A DNA stretch of 64,000 nt from Pristiophorus japonicus (taxonomy: Eukaryota). Shown here one piece after another: positions 52,273 to 64,000 of the stretch (position 1 is the first letter of the stretch; every line of letters starts with the position of its first letter). Made by a program: the position numbers and the translations under genes. A model generated the notes under the pieces. The model had not been told where the DNA came from. It was given only the letters and a program-made list of their open reading frames with translations, and searched no databases. The stretch spans positions 146,072,001 to 146,136,000 of the forward strand of contig NC_091984.1 in the NCBI RefSeq assembly GCF_044704955.1. The letters are read 5' to 3'.

Positions 52273-52601
52273 GCCGAGGGAAGACACAACCCACGCTGAC
52301 CCTGCTGCCCCCCTCCCCGGAGGAGCTCACGACCAAGGGCACTGCCACCCTGGTGTGCCTCGCCGATCACTTCTACCCCGATGCGGTGGAGGTGGAGTGG
52401 AAGAAGGACGGGGCGACCATTTCGGCCGGGGTCCAGACCAGCGACTACCTGCGAGCTTCGGACAACACCTACAGTGTCAGCAGCCTGCTGACCCTCTCTG
52501 GCTCCGACTGGGAGTCCAACGCCAGCTTCTCCTGCAGCCTCATCCACGAGAGCCTCTCCTCTCCCCTCAGCAAGGGAGTCAGGAGAGCAGAATGTGCGTA
52601 G
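52273..52601 (+). CDS. IGKC: Ig light-chain kappa-type constant exon
   Basis: TTTCAG acceptor; (S)RGKTQPTLTLLPPSPEELTTKGTATLVCLADHFYPDAVEVEWKKDG...YSVSSLLTLSGSDW...FSCSLIHESLSSPLSKGVRRAECA*, a C1-set domain with the penultimate interchain Cys. Confidence 0.96.
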
Positions 52602-53095
52602 TGTGTCAGGGACAGTCCGCGGGGAGACGCAACTTTAAACAGAACAGGGGGTGAGCCGGGAGGGCAAAGGTCATTGTCAGCACTGCATTTCTACTCTCTT
52701 CCTTCTCGGGACTGGGTCAGGGAAAGCATCTGAGGGTCAGGGGGTAAGGCACGTTATTGGGGCAGTGTCGAGGGAGCTTTACTCTGTATCTAACCCGTGC
52801 TGTACCTGCCCTGGGAGTGTTTGATGGGACAGTGTAGAGGGAGCTTTACTCTGTATGTAACCCGTGCTGTACCTGCCCTGGGAGGGTTTGATGGGACAGT
52901 GTTGACTCGTGCTGCCAAGTAAAATCTCGAAGATGCTGAAGACTGTCAGCAGAGTAAAACTAATGTTAAACTGCGAAGTGCCGCTTCAGTAAGCAGACCC
53001 CCTCCCTGCTCACCCTGCTGTTACAATTCAAGGTTCTGTCCCCGTTTAAAGGGACAGGATTCTCACGGTGTGGAGAAAATCCACAAAACTCTTTT

Positions 53096-53195
53096 AATAA
53101 AGCTGCATTCTCCCTGTGAATGTCTCTAGCTTGCTCTCGCTGGGCTTTTATTCAAGTTTTGTTTCTCTAAATGTGAATCTGTAAAAGGCAATAAA
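53096..53195 (+). terminator. Candidate polyadenylation signals for the light-chain mRNA
   Basis: AATAAA at 53096-53101 and 53190-53195, both conserved in the inverted copy. Confidence 0.6.
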
Positions 53196-53949
53196 CGTGA
53201 AGAATATTCAGTCTGTGTCTGGCGAGTGCTTTGGAAATGTCCCTCCTCCCCTTCAGCTGGATTGGCTGCATTTCAGTAAGTGTCTGTCCTGATTGGCTGG
53301 GTGGGCTGTCAATCCAAGGCATGTCAGCAGGAGATTTGTTTCAAAGCCAATTATCAATCATTTTAAAACGATCAATTTGACCTCGAAACCCTGGAGTGCA
53401 CAAGATTAAACACAGAGACACTAAAAGCTGCTGGGATTAAACCCTCCCAGTCTGAGCATTGGCTCTCACTCTGCACACTGGGGGTGTTGGGGCAGCCCCG
53501 ATGGTGGGATCGCACTGTGCGCTTGTGCTGACTGATGGGGGCAATCTGGGGACAGGAGGCCACAGTCACAACGTTGCATTCTCTCTCCTTAACATGTGGC
53601 TCGTGGCAGCAGCACAAAACTGTACCGAGTGAGGCCTCAGCTTAGGGAGAGGAGCAGTCAGTGTATTACCGTGTACATGTCCCTGAGTGTTAGTGTGTGT
53701 GTAACTGTTACCCAGCATTGTCTGTAGGTGTGTGTGTGTGTGTGTATGTGTGTGTGTGAGTGTTACCCAGCACTGTTATGTCAGCCTGAGGAGTGCTCCG
53801 CGGTGATGCTCCAGCTCCTGGGGGTGTCGGAGATCATTAGGGGACTGTGGGGGAGGAGGGGAGTGGAGGGGTGACCTGGGCGGATGATTGGGGGCTGACC
53901 ATGAGTGGAATGGTGGGGACCAGGCCGATCGGGGGGGTATTCTCAGGGA

Positions 53950-55500
53950 GTCTCACCAATACCCTGTACAGATGAAGCAGGACTTCTCTGCTTTTATACT
54001 CCATCCCCCTGACAATAAAGGACAACATTCCATTGGCTTTCCTGAACACTTGCTGTACCTGCATACTAACTTTTTGTGTTTCATGCACCAGGACCCCCAG
54101 CTCCCTCTGTACTGCAGCAGTTTGCAAGTTTTCTCCTTTTAAAAAATAAATTGCTTTCCTATTCTTTCTGCAAAATGGATAGCCTCACATTTTCCCACAT
54201 TATACTCCATCTGCCAACGTTTTGCCCACTCACTGAGCCTGTCTATATCCCTTTGCAGATTTTTAGTGTCCTCCTCACAATGTGCTTTCCCAGCCACCAT
54301 CATAGGCAGTCCCTCGGAATCGAGGAAGACTTGCTTCCAATCTTAAAATGAGTCGTTAGGTGACTGAACAGTCCAATACGAGAACCACAGTCCCTGCCAC
54401 AGGTGGGACAGACAGTCATTGAGGGTAAGGGTGGGTGGGACAGGTTTGCTGCACGTTCCTTCCGCTGCCTGCACTTGATTTCTGCATGCACCACGGCGAT
54501 GAGATGCGAAGTGCTCAGCGCCATCCCAGATACATTTCCTCCACTTCGGGAAGTCTTTGGCCAGGGTCTCCCAGGTGTCAGTGGGGATTTTGTACTTCAT
54601 CAGGGAGGCTTTGAGGGTGTTCTTGTAACGTTCCTCTGCCCACCTTTGGCTAGTTTGCCGTGAAAGAGTTCCGAGTAGAGCGAGTATTCAAAAAGGAGTT
54701 AGATGTCGTCCTTACTACTAGGGGGATCAAGGGGTATGGCGAGAAAGCAGGAATGGAGTACTGAAGTTGCATGTTCAGCCATGAACTCATTGAATGGTGG
54801 TGCAGGCTTGAAGGGCCGAATGGCCTACTCCTGCACCTAGTTTCTATGTTTCTATGTTTGGGTGTCTTGTGTCTGGCATGTGGACAATGTGGCCTGCTCA
54901 TGGAGCTGATCAAGTGTGGTCAGTGCTTCAATGCTGGGGATGTTGACCTGGTCGAGGACACTAATGTTGGTGCCTCTGTCCTCCCAGCAAATTTTGCTAC
55001 TTTACACTCAGTCCCTTCGTCATTAATAGAGATTGGAAATAATTGAGGCCCCAGCACTGATCCCTGTGGCACCTCACTAGTTACTGTTTGCCAAAGGGAA
55101 AATGACCCAATTATCCTGACTCTGTGTTTTCTGTTAGTTAGCCAATCCTCTATCCATGCTAATATATTACCTCCAAACCCGTAAACTTTTATCTTGTGCC
55201 TTTTATGTAGCACCTTATCGAATGCCTTCTGGAAATCCAAATACACCACATCCACTGGTTCCCCTTTATCCACCCTGTTCGTTAAATCCTCAAAGAATTC
55301 CAGCAAGTTTGTCAAACATGATTTCCCTTTCATAAAACCATGCTGACTCTGCTTGATTGAACAATGCTTTTCCAAATGTCCTGCTACTGCTTCCTTAATA
55401 ATGGACTCCAGCATTTTCCCAATGACAGATGTTAGGCTAACTGGTCTGTAGTTTCCTGCTTTCTGTCTGCCTCCTTTTTTAAATAGGGGCGTTACATTTG
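53950..55500 (-). mobile_element. CR1 fragment with nested RTE 3' end (~54297-54985) and a small CR1 tail
   Basis: YLDFQKAFD and VPQGSVLGP; RTE-type CPTCGRDCGSRIGLFSH. Confidence 0.82.
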
Positions 55501-55567
55501 CTGTGTGTGCTTTGGAGAGGGCGTTAAAAGGAGCGGCGACATCCAGAATACCAGATTTTGCTTCAAT

Positions 55568-55980
55568 TCAACAACAACAACCTGTATTTATATAGCGCCT
55601 TTAACGTAGTGAAACATCCCAAGGCACTTCCCAGGAGTATTATGTGATACAAAATTTGACACCGAGTCTAATAAGAAGAAATTAGTGTAGGTGACCAAAG
55701 AGGTATGTTTTAAGGAGTGTCTTGAAGGAGGAAAGAGAGGTAGAGAGGCGGAGAGGTTTAGGGAGAGAGTCCAGAGCTTGGGGTCTCGGCAACAGAAGGC
55801 ACGGCCACCAATGGTTGAGCGATTATAATCAGGGATGCTCAGGAGGGCAGAATTGGAGGAGCACAGACATCTCGGGGGCTTGTGGGGCTGGAGGAGATTA
55901 CAGAGATAGGGAGGGGCGAGGCCATGGAGGGATTTAAAACAAGGATGAGAATTTAAAAAATCGAGGCATTGCTTAACCGG
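55568..55980 (-). mobile_element. L2 LINE 3' end
   Basis: Reverse complement of the L2 tail at ~3700-4070. Confidence 0.82.
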
Positions 55981-57509
55981 AAGCTGATGACGGTCTCTAC
56001 CCTCCCCTTTCCCCCGCCCCCCCGAGCTGCTCCCAAGCCTCGCTCTCTCCCCTCCCTCACTCCTGCCCTCCTCACACCCCATCCCTCCTTCTCCCTCCCC
56101 CCAATCCCAACCCTCCCATCCATCACCCTGCACTCCCTCCCCACCTCCGTGCCCCCCTACCTCACATGCCTCTCCTCCCCCCCCCCATTCCCTCCGTCCC
56201 TCCCAAACTGGAGTAGCCCATTCGACCCCTCGAGCCTGCTCCACCATTCAATGAGATCATGGCTGATCATCTATTACAACTCCATTTTCCTGCACTGTCC
56301 CCATATCCCTCGATTCCCTTAATATCCAAAAATCTATTGATCTCCGTCTTAAATATACTCAACGACTGAGCCTCCACAGCCCTCTGGGGTAAAGAATTCC
56401 AACGATTCACTACACTCTGAGTGAAGAACTTTCACCTCATCTCAGTCCTAAATGGCCGACCCCTTATTCTGAGACTGTGACCCCCTGTTCTAGACTCCCC
56501 AGCCAGAGGAAACATCCTCCCTGCATCTACCCTGTCAAGCCCTATCAGAATTCTGTATGTTTCAATGAGATCCCCTCTCATTCTTCTAAACATGAGAGAA
56601 TATAGGTCTCGTCTACACAGTCTCTCCATAGGACAATCCCCCCATCCCAGATGTCCGTCTGATGTGTCAGCGTGTTTGTCACACATGACGGAGCAGACAG
56701 CAGGAGTTCCACCAGTAACACAGGACGTTACCTCAGTGCCCGGCCCACTTTCCCCATCCACTTACCACATTCTTACAGGTAAACGGGCTCAGCACCTGCC
56801 CTCGGCCGGTGAAATGTCTCCCCTCTACACCACAGGCTGCCCGTCATCTGTTCCCCATCTCACTCCTGAAGGAACTAACTCTGGCTGGGGCTCAGCTCCT
56901 CTCCCCAAGTGGGCTCACTGTCCCAGTTTGAGCCCAGAGACTGAGCGTGTCAGGCTAATCGACCGTGAGGTGTCAGCCGTGGCTCAGTCACTAGCACGCT
57001 CGGCTCTGAGAAAAGGAAGAAAGACTTGCATTTATACAGCGCCTTTCACAACCGCCAGACATCCCAAAATGCTTTACAGCCAATGAAGTAATTTTTGAAG
57101 TGTACTCACTGTTGTAATGTCGGATATGCAGGAGCCAATTTGTGCACAGCAAGCTCCCACAAACTGCAATGTGATGATGACCAAATAACCTGTTTTTGTT
57201 ATGTTGATTGAAGCATAAATATTGGCCAGGACACCGCAGTGGGATTGGAACCCTCAAATTCTGACTCAGAGACTAGGGTGCTACCAACTGAGCCACTGGC
57301 TGACTCCATTCGGCCCATCTTGTCCGCGCTGGCCGACAAAGGGCTATCCAGCCGAATCCCACTTTCCAGTTCTGGGTCCGTAGCCCTGTAGGTTACGGCA
57401 CTTCAAGTGTACATCCAAGTACTTCTTAAATGTGGAGATTGTTTCTGCCTCTACCACTCTTTCAGGCAGTGAGTTCCAGACCCCCACCATCCTCTGGTGA
57501 AGGCATTTC

Positions 57510-59305
57510 ATAAGAACATAACAACATAAGAATTAGGAACAGGAGTAGGCCATCTAGCCCCTCGAGCCTGCTCCGCCATTCAACAAGATCATGGCTGATC
57601 TGGCCGTAGACTCAGCTCCACTTATCCGCCCGCTTCCCAGAACCCTTAATTCCCTTATTGGTTAAAAATCTATCTATCTGTGATTTGAATACACTCAATG
57701 AGCTAGCCTCAACTTCCTTGGGCAGAGAATTCCACAGATTCACAACCCTCTGGGAGAAGAAATTCCTTCTCAACTTGGTTTTAAATTGGCTCCCCCATAT
57801 TTTGAGGCTGTGCCCCCTAGTTCTCGTCTCCCCGACCAGTGGAAACAACTTCTCTGCCTCTATCTTGTCTATCCCTTTCATTATTTTAAATGTTTCGACT
57901 ATATCACCCCTCATCCTTCTGAACTCCAATGAGTAAAGACCCAGTCTACTCAATCTATCATCATAAGGTAACCCCCTCATCTCTGGAATCAGCCTCGTGA
58001 ATCGTCTCTGTACCCCCTCCAAAGCTAGTATATCCTTCCTTAAGTAAGGTGACCAAAACTGCACGCAGTATTCCAGTATCTTCTGCAGTAACCTTTTGTG
58101 TGGCACCTTATTGAATGCCTTTTGGAAATCTAAATACACCACATCCATCGGTACACCTCTATCCACCATGCTCGTTATATCCTCAAAGAATTCCAGTAAA
58201 TTAGTTAACCATGATTTCCCCTTCATGAATCCATGCTGTGTCTGCTTGATTGCACTATTCCTATCCAGATGACCCGCTATTTCTTCCTTAATGATAGCTT
58301 CAAGCATTTTCCCACTACAGATGTTAAACTAACCGACCTATAGCTACCTGCCTTTTGTCTGCCCCCTTTTTAAAACAGAGGCGTTACATTAGCTGCTTTC
58401 CAATCCGCTGGTACCTCCCCAGAGTCCAGAGAATTTTGGTAGATTATAACGAATGCATCTGCTATAACTTCCGCCATCTCTTTTAATACCCTGGGATGTA
58501 TTTCATCAGGACCAGGGGACTTGTCTACCTTGAGTCCCATTAGCCTGTCCAGCACTACCCCACTAGTGATAGTGATTGTCTCAAGGTCCTCCGTTCCCAC
58601 ATTCACGTGACCAGCAATTTTTGGCATGGTTTTTGTGTCTTCCACTGTGAAGACCGAAGCAAAATAATTGTTTAAGGTCTCAGCCAATTCCACATTTCCC
58701 ATTATTAAATCCCCCTTCTCATCTTCTAAGGGACCAACATTTACTTTAGTCACTCTTTTCCGTTTTATATATCGGTAAAAGCTTTTACTATCTGTTTTTA
58801 TGTTTTGCGCAAGTTTACTTTCGTAATCTATCTTTCCTTTCTTTATTGCTTTCTTCGTCATCTTTGCTGTCGTTTAAAATGTTCCCAATCTTCTAGTTTC
58901 CCACTAACCTTGGCCACCTTATACCCATTGGTTTTTAATTTGATACTCTCCTTTATTTCCTTGGTTATCCACGGCTGGTTATCCCTTCTCGTCCCGTCCT
59001 TCTTTTCACTGGAATATATTTTTGTTGAGCACTATGAAAGAGCTCCTTCAAGTCCTCCACTGTTCCTCAATTGTGCCACCGTTTAGTCTGTGTTTCCAGT
59101 CTACTTTAGCCAACTCTGCCCTCATCCCACTGTAGTCCCCTTTGTTGAAGCATAGTATGCTCGTTTGAGACACTACTTCCTCACCCTCAATCTGTATTAC
59201 AAACTCAACCATACTGTGATCACTCATTCCGAGAGGATCTTTTACTTGGAGATCGTTTATTATTCCTATCTCATTACACAGGACCAGATCTAACATAGCT
59301 TGCTC
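57510..59305 (-). mobile_element. CR1 LINE ORF2 with an internal deletion
   Basis: ORFs 57612-58307, 58370-58861 and 59048-59296. Confidence 0.9.
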
Positions 59306-59329
59306 CCTGCTCCCTTCCCCTCACATACC

Positions 59330-60370
59330 CTCGAAACCTCCTACCAATTACTTTAAATCTATGCCCCCTGGTTGTTGACCCCTCTGCTAAGGGAAATAGA
59401 TCCATCCTTTCCACTCTATCTTAGCCCCTCATAATTTTATACACCTCAGTAAGGTCTCCCCTCAGCCTCCTCTGTTCCACGGAAAACACCCCCAGCCTAT
59501 CCAATCTTTCCTCATGGCTAAAATTTTCCAGTCCAGGCAACATCCTCGTAAATCCTGTGTGCAATTGGTTGTAAAGCACCTTGGGACGTCCTGAGGTTGT
59601 GAAAGGCGCCATATAAATTCAAGGCTTTCTTTCATTGAAGTGGGAGGGCCCTGATCCTGACTCTCACCCATTGTCCGCGCACTCTGACCTTCCAGGAGGT
59701 CACGGGATCATTGGGAGCAGTGACCCTGCCTGACCCCGGTATTTTGTGGCTAATTGTCACCTCACCCTTGACCTCACCCCGGTGCTGGGCAGCAAGCTTT
59801 TAAATACAATCTAGAAGCTTCTACACCGTCACCCAACATGAAGCCTTGCTGAAGTGTGTTTATACAAGTGTGTCGCAATGTTCCCGGATAAAGTTCTCCC
59901 GATCTGTGTGTGATCTGAGCTTTCTCACTGCTGAGCCTGTTTCCCCTGTATCCACCCATCTACAGTTCGAGCTTCCTGCCAGTGAACAACGTCTTAACGG
60001 GACACTCAGTCTTTACCGACTCTTACTGTTAACCATTTCAGTGCTGAATGTGTGCCAACCCTGCACTGCAGATGTTTATACAACAATCCAATATGATTTT
60101 GAGTATCAGCCGTGGCTCAGTGCGTTGCACTCTCGCCTCTGAGTCAAAAGGTTTGTGGGTTCAAGTCCCACTCCAGGGACTTGAGCACAAAAATCCAGGC
60201 TGACACTGCAGTGCAGTGCTGAGGGAGAGCTGCACTGTTGGAGGTGCCGTCTTTCAGATGAGACGTTAAACCGAGGCCCCGTCTGCACTCTCAGGTGGAT
60301 GTAAAAGATCCCAGGACACTATTTTGAAAAAGAGCAGGGGAGTTCCCCCCGGTGTCCTGGTCAATATTTA
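59330..60370. repeat. J-C intron segment duplicated directly from ~50790-51830
   Basis: ORFs 51235-51420 and 59774-59959 are near-identical; the copy stops before the C exon. Confidence 0.9.
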
Positions 60371-60879
60371 TCTGTTAAGCTACATGACAGAAGAACACAT
60401 TATCACCACCCTCTGAGTGAAGACGTTTATCCTCATCTCAGTTCTAAATGGCTGACCCCTTATTCGGAGACTGTGACTCCTGGTTTGAGACTCCCCAGCC
60501 AGAGGAAACATCCTGCCTGCATCTACCCTCTCAAGCCCTGTCAGAATTGTATATGTTTCAATGGGATCCCTTCTCATTCTTCTAAACTCGAGAGAGTATA
60601 GGCCTTGGAACTTGCGGAACCAAGGCGGGTAGATGGAGTTCTGATACAGATGAGCAATGATCTGATTGAATGGGGGAACAGGCTCGAGGGGCTGAATGGC
60701 CTCCTTCTGTTCATTGTGTCCAGCAGCAGCTGTATACCTCTCCGCAACCTCATCTTAACTTTTATCAGTCGCATCAGAGCCTTGATTCCCTCACCATGGG
60801 GCTGGTGTTTCCAGATCAATGTCCAGCCATGAGTCAGACTCAGTGAGCGCTGTCAGAGGATGGAAAGGCTGCTCTAACT

Positions 60880-63780
60880 GCATTGATTAATCCCTCTATC
60901 TGAATGAAGATTTAACCTGTCTCTCAGGAGTTTTTTCCAATAATTTTCCCACCACTGAGGTTAGGCTGACTGGCCTGTAATTACTCAGTCTATCCCTTTC
61001 TCCCTTTTTAAACAAAGATACAATGTTAGCAGTCCTCCAGTCCTCCTGCACCACACCTGTAGCCAGAGAGGATTGGAAAATGATGGTTAGAGCCTCTGCT
61101 ATTTTCTCTTTTGATTCTCTTAATAGCCTGCGATCATTTCATCCGGGCCAGGGGATTTATCCACTCTCAAAGCTGCTAAGCTCCTTAATACTTCCTCTCT
61201 CACTATGTTTATTTCATCTCACATTTCCCACTTCTCCTCCCTGATTGCAATGTCTAAATCGCCCCTCTCTTTTTGAAAACAGACGCAAAATGTTCATTAA
61301 GAACCAGACCCACGTTTTACGCCTCCGCACACAGATTACCTTTATGGTCTCTAATAGGCCCAACTCTTTCTTTAATTATCCTCCTGCTCTTAATGTATTT
61401 ATAAAACATCTTTGGGTTTTCCTTGATTTTACTTGCCAAAATGTTTTCATGCTCTCTCTTTGATTTCCTAATTTCCTTTTTAATTGCACCCCTGCACTTT
61501 CTATATCCCTCTAAAGTTCCTGCAGTATTGAGCCCTGTCATAAGCCTCCCTTTTTTAATTTATCCTATACTGTATCTCCCTTGACATCCAGGGCCACTAG
61601 ATTTGTTAGCCTCACCCTTTTTCTTTAAGGGAACAGACTTACTCTGAAACCACAGGATTTCCTCCTTGAATGCCTCCCACTGCTCTGAAACTGATTTACC
61701 TTCAAGTAGCCGTTACCAGTCCACTTTGGTCAAATCTCATCTCAGCTCAGCAAAATTGGCATTTCCCCAGTTGATAACTTTTATTCCTGGTCTATCTTTG
61801 TCCTTTTCCATAACTACCCTAAATCTAACTGAATTATGATCACAGGCACCAAAATGCTCTCCCATTGATACCCCTTCCAACTGCCCCTCTTCATCCTCCA
61901 AAACCAAGTCCAGAACCGTCCTCTCCCTTGTTGGGCTTGTTACAAACTGGCTAAAAAAGTTCTCCTGAAGGCATTTTAGGAATTCCGCACCCTCTATATC
62001 TTTCACACTAATTTTATCCCAGTTAATATTAGGGTAGTTGAAATCCCCTACTATAACTGCCCTATAGTTTTTGCACTTGTCAGAAATGGGCCCACATATT
62101 TGATCTTCTCTCTCCCTCTGACTGTTTGGGGGTCTATCGTACCAGCAGTGTGATTACCCCTTTTTCGTTCTTCAATTTGACCTATATGGCCTCATTTGAT
62201 GATCCTTCCGACATATCATCCCTCCTCACAGCTGTAATTGTTTCTTTCAATTGTTTCAGAACAGCGACCCCCTCCTTTTTTATCCCCCTCTCTATCCTGT
62301 CTGAAAACCCTGTAACCAGGAATGTTGAGCTGCCATACCTGCCCTTCTTTGAGCCATGTCTCAGTAATAGCTATAATATCGTACTGTCAAGTGTCTATCT
62401 GTGCTCTCAGCTCATCTGCCTTATTCCCTATACTCCATGCATTGAAGTATACACCATTTAGCACTGCCAAAAAGCCTTGTTGTCTATTTTATAGGCTTTG
62501 TTTCCTCTGTCTTCCAAAATCACTTTCTATTTTTCTGCTTTCCAATTCCAGCTTTGCTTCTCTTCCCACTGAATCCATTCTCAGGTTCCCATCCCCTGGC
62601 AAGCAAGTTTAAACCCTCCCCAAAGGCAATAGCAAATCCCCCCACAACGATATTCGTCCCGGCTCTGTTGAGGTGCAACCCATCCGGCTTGTACAGGTCC
62701 CACCTGCCCCAGAAATGGTCCCAATGCCTCAGGAAACTAAAGCCCTCTCTCCTGCAACATCTCTCTAGCCACGTAGTCATCTGCTCTACCCTCCTATTTC
62801 TGTAGTCACTATTGTGAGCTCAAAATAAAGTGTGACGTTAGTCTTTTTTGCAGGTCTCCAGAGTGCCCCTGCATCCTGTGAAGCCTCCTTAAATACCTGT
62901 ACTCCCAAGGGATTATGGGATTTCTTGGGACTCCAGGGGATGAGCCCTTTGGTGGCTGTCCATAGTAAATACAAGTCCACATATATAACAACTAGCACGT
63001 GGCACTGGCAGTAATACGGAGATTACTACCTTTTGATGTCTTGCTTTTTTATCTCTCTCCTTGCTCCCTACTCTCCCCCTGTAAAATCTCATCCCTCTTT
63101 CTACCTGTGTCATTGGTACAGATATGGACCACAACCTCTGGCTGTTCACCCTCCCCCCTCAGAATGTACTGCAGCCACTCAGTGACATCCTTGACCCTGG
63201 CACCAGGCAGGCAACATACCATCCTGGAGTCACGTCTGCGGCCGCAGAAATGCCTGTCTGTTCCCCTAACTATCCAATCCCCTACCACTATTGCTCTTCC
63301 ACTCTTCTTCCTCCCCCCTGTGCAGCTGAGCCACCCGTGGTGCCGTGGACTTGGCTCTGGCTGCACTTCCTAGAGGAACCATCGCCCCCACCAGTACTCA
63401 GAACACAATACTGGTTGGAGAGCGAGATGGACTCAGGGGATTCCTGCACTACCTGCCTGGACCTCCTCTTCTGTCTGGTGGTCACCCATTCCCTCTCTGC
63501 CTGCACACTCTTAAGCTGCGGGGTGACCACCTCTAGAAACGTGCTATCCACGAAGTTCTCAGCCTCGCGGACGCACCGCAGTGACTCCAGCCGCCGCTCA
63601 ATCTCCGAAACGCGGAGCTCGAGTTGCTGTAGCTGGTGACACTTCCTGCACATGTGGTCGTCCAGGCCACGAGAAGCATCCAGGACTTCCCACATGGCAC
63701 AGGATGTGCACTCCACGGGACAGAACTGCCCTGCCATGCCTCTATTTAATAGACTGAGAACTAATTGAGCAAAAATAAAC
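60880..63780 (-). mobile_element. CR1 LINE (ORF1 plus 5' part of ORF2), right arm of the outer inverted duplication
   Basis: Same ORF1 zinc-finger and esterase motifs as 9040-10230. Confidence 0.9.
62812..62990 (-). mobile_element. Solo LTR with a 4-bp target-site duplication (Gypsy-like)
   Basis: Begins TGTTATATATG on the minus strand; ACTA flanks both sides (62808-62811 and 62991-62994); absent from the paralogous site at ~9800. Confidence 0.8.
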
Positions 63781-64000
63781 TTAAAACTATTAAAAAAACA
63801 AATAATAGCCTGGCCTCCATCATTCTGGCCATAATTTGTGGATTCGTTCACCCCACTGAGGGCAAACACCGTCGATGGGCCATTAATGGTCTTAAGTTTT
63901 CAGCTCAGTCAGCTGTGGCTCAATGGGCAGCACACTCGCCTCTGAGTCCAAAAGTTGTAGGTTCAAGTCCCACTCCAGAGACTAAGCTCAGAAATCTAGA

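Overview
Eukaryotic genomic DNA from a cartilaginous fish (shark-type repeats and immunoglobulin gene organisation); no prokaryotic features. The one real gene is an unrearranged kappa-type (NS4/type III-like) immunoglobulin light-chain cluster on the + strand: promoter, leader (39249-39297), V (39485-39786) with a 12-RSS, one J (41359-41393) with a 23-RSS, and a C exon (52273-52601). A second intact, ~99% identical C exon lies on the - strand (15930-16258) with no V or J of its own that I could find. It sits in a nested set of inverted duplications spanning ~8.8-64 kb, which suggests a head-to-head duplicated cluster whose left copy lost V-J. Part of the J-C intron is also duplicated in direct orientation downstream of C. 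The rest is mostly decayed CR1, L2, RTE and L1/Tx1 LINEs, tRNA-derived SINEs, LTR fragments, a Harbinger transposon and minisatellites. The most notable observations are a U2-snRNA-derived SINE-like insertion (521-852), the orphan inverted C exon, a possible kappa-deleting-element-like RSS pair around C, a degenerate J nonamer, and duplicated candidate B-cell enhancers. All alignments and identities were done by eye; repeat boundaries are approximate.
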